This document shows positions 24,124-24,230 of a stretch of DNA of 24,230 nucleotides, piece by piece (within the stretch, counting starts at the first letter, position 1; each line of letters starts with the position of its first letter). The stretch spans positions 1 to 24,230 of the IMG/VR virus record IMGVR_UViG_3300008255_000465; one strand, given 5' to 3'. The position numbers and the translations under genes were made by a program. The notes below the pieces were generated by a model. The model worked only from the letters and a program-made list of their open reading frames with translations, was not told the DNA's origin and searched no databases. Source of the DNA: a virus (taxonomy: Duplodnaviria; Caudoviricetes).

Positions 24124-24230
24124 ATGGCCCGACCTCGTATTCAGATCGTCCCCACCGACGATGTCCTCGAGCAGTTCGGGAACCAGATTGCCGCCCTGGG
24201 CGAACGATCCGCCCGCCCTGCCTTCGCAAG
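24124..24230 (+). CDS. Start of a probable late gene (possibly gpZ-like), truncated
   Basis: ATG 24124, MARPRIQIVPTDDVLEQFGNQIAALGERSARPAFA, open to the edge; too short for a firm call. Confidence 0.5.
   Translation, partial: MARPRIQIVPTDDVLEQFGNQIAALGERSARPAFA

Larger units (their letters stand above)
1..24230. mobile_element. Temperate phage/prophage early region (recombination, immunity, replication, accessory modules)
   Basis: Divergent CI/Cro-like pair, YqaJ exonuclease, primase-helicase, RuvC-like, SSB, HNH genes; many tightly coupled small ORFs with ATGA/TGATG overlaps; no host housekeeping genes. Confidence 0.95.

Overview
GC-rich temperate phage or prophage of a probable alphaproteobacterial (Hyphomicrobiales-like) host; the window covers the early region and ends at the start of the late genes. 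There are four blocks. (1) A leftward recombination/accessory operon (about 9183 to 1): YqaJ exonuclease, putative single-strand annealing protein, ExoX-like exonuclease, J-domain, ASCH-like, HNH and small zinc-finger proteins, with an embedded tRNA-like RNA. (2) An immunity switch: a CI-like repressor with a degenerate S24 domain and a leaderless Cro-like gene. (3) A rightward replication operon (10292-18450): GapR-like, Myb/GcrA-like HTH, RuvC-like, a two-polypeptide C5 methyltransferase encoded in overlapping frames, Toprim primase-helicase, Q-like regulator, RecD/Dda-like helicase, SSB, HNH. (4) A second leftward early operon (23627-18502): DUF932 protein, many small orphans, a lipoprotein LapG/BTLCP-type cysteine protease and a Xis-XRE fusion. 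One operator-like motif (GTNGGA-WW-TCCNAC) recurs at all three early promoters, and a TGTCCC repeat array (candidate origin) precedes the late region. No integrase, structural module or CRISPR array is visible. All family calls come from motif recognition by eye, not from database searches.
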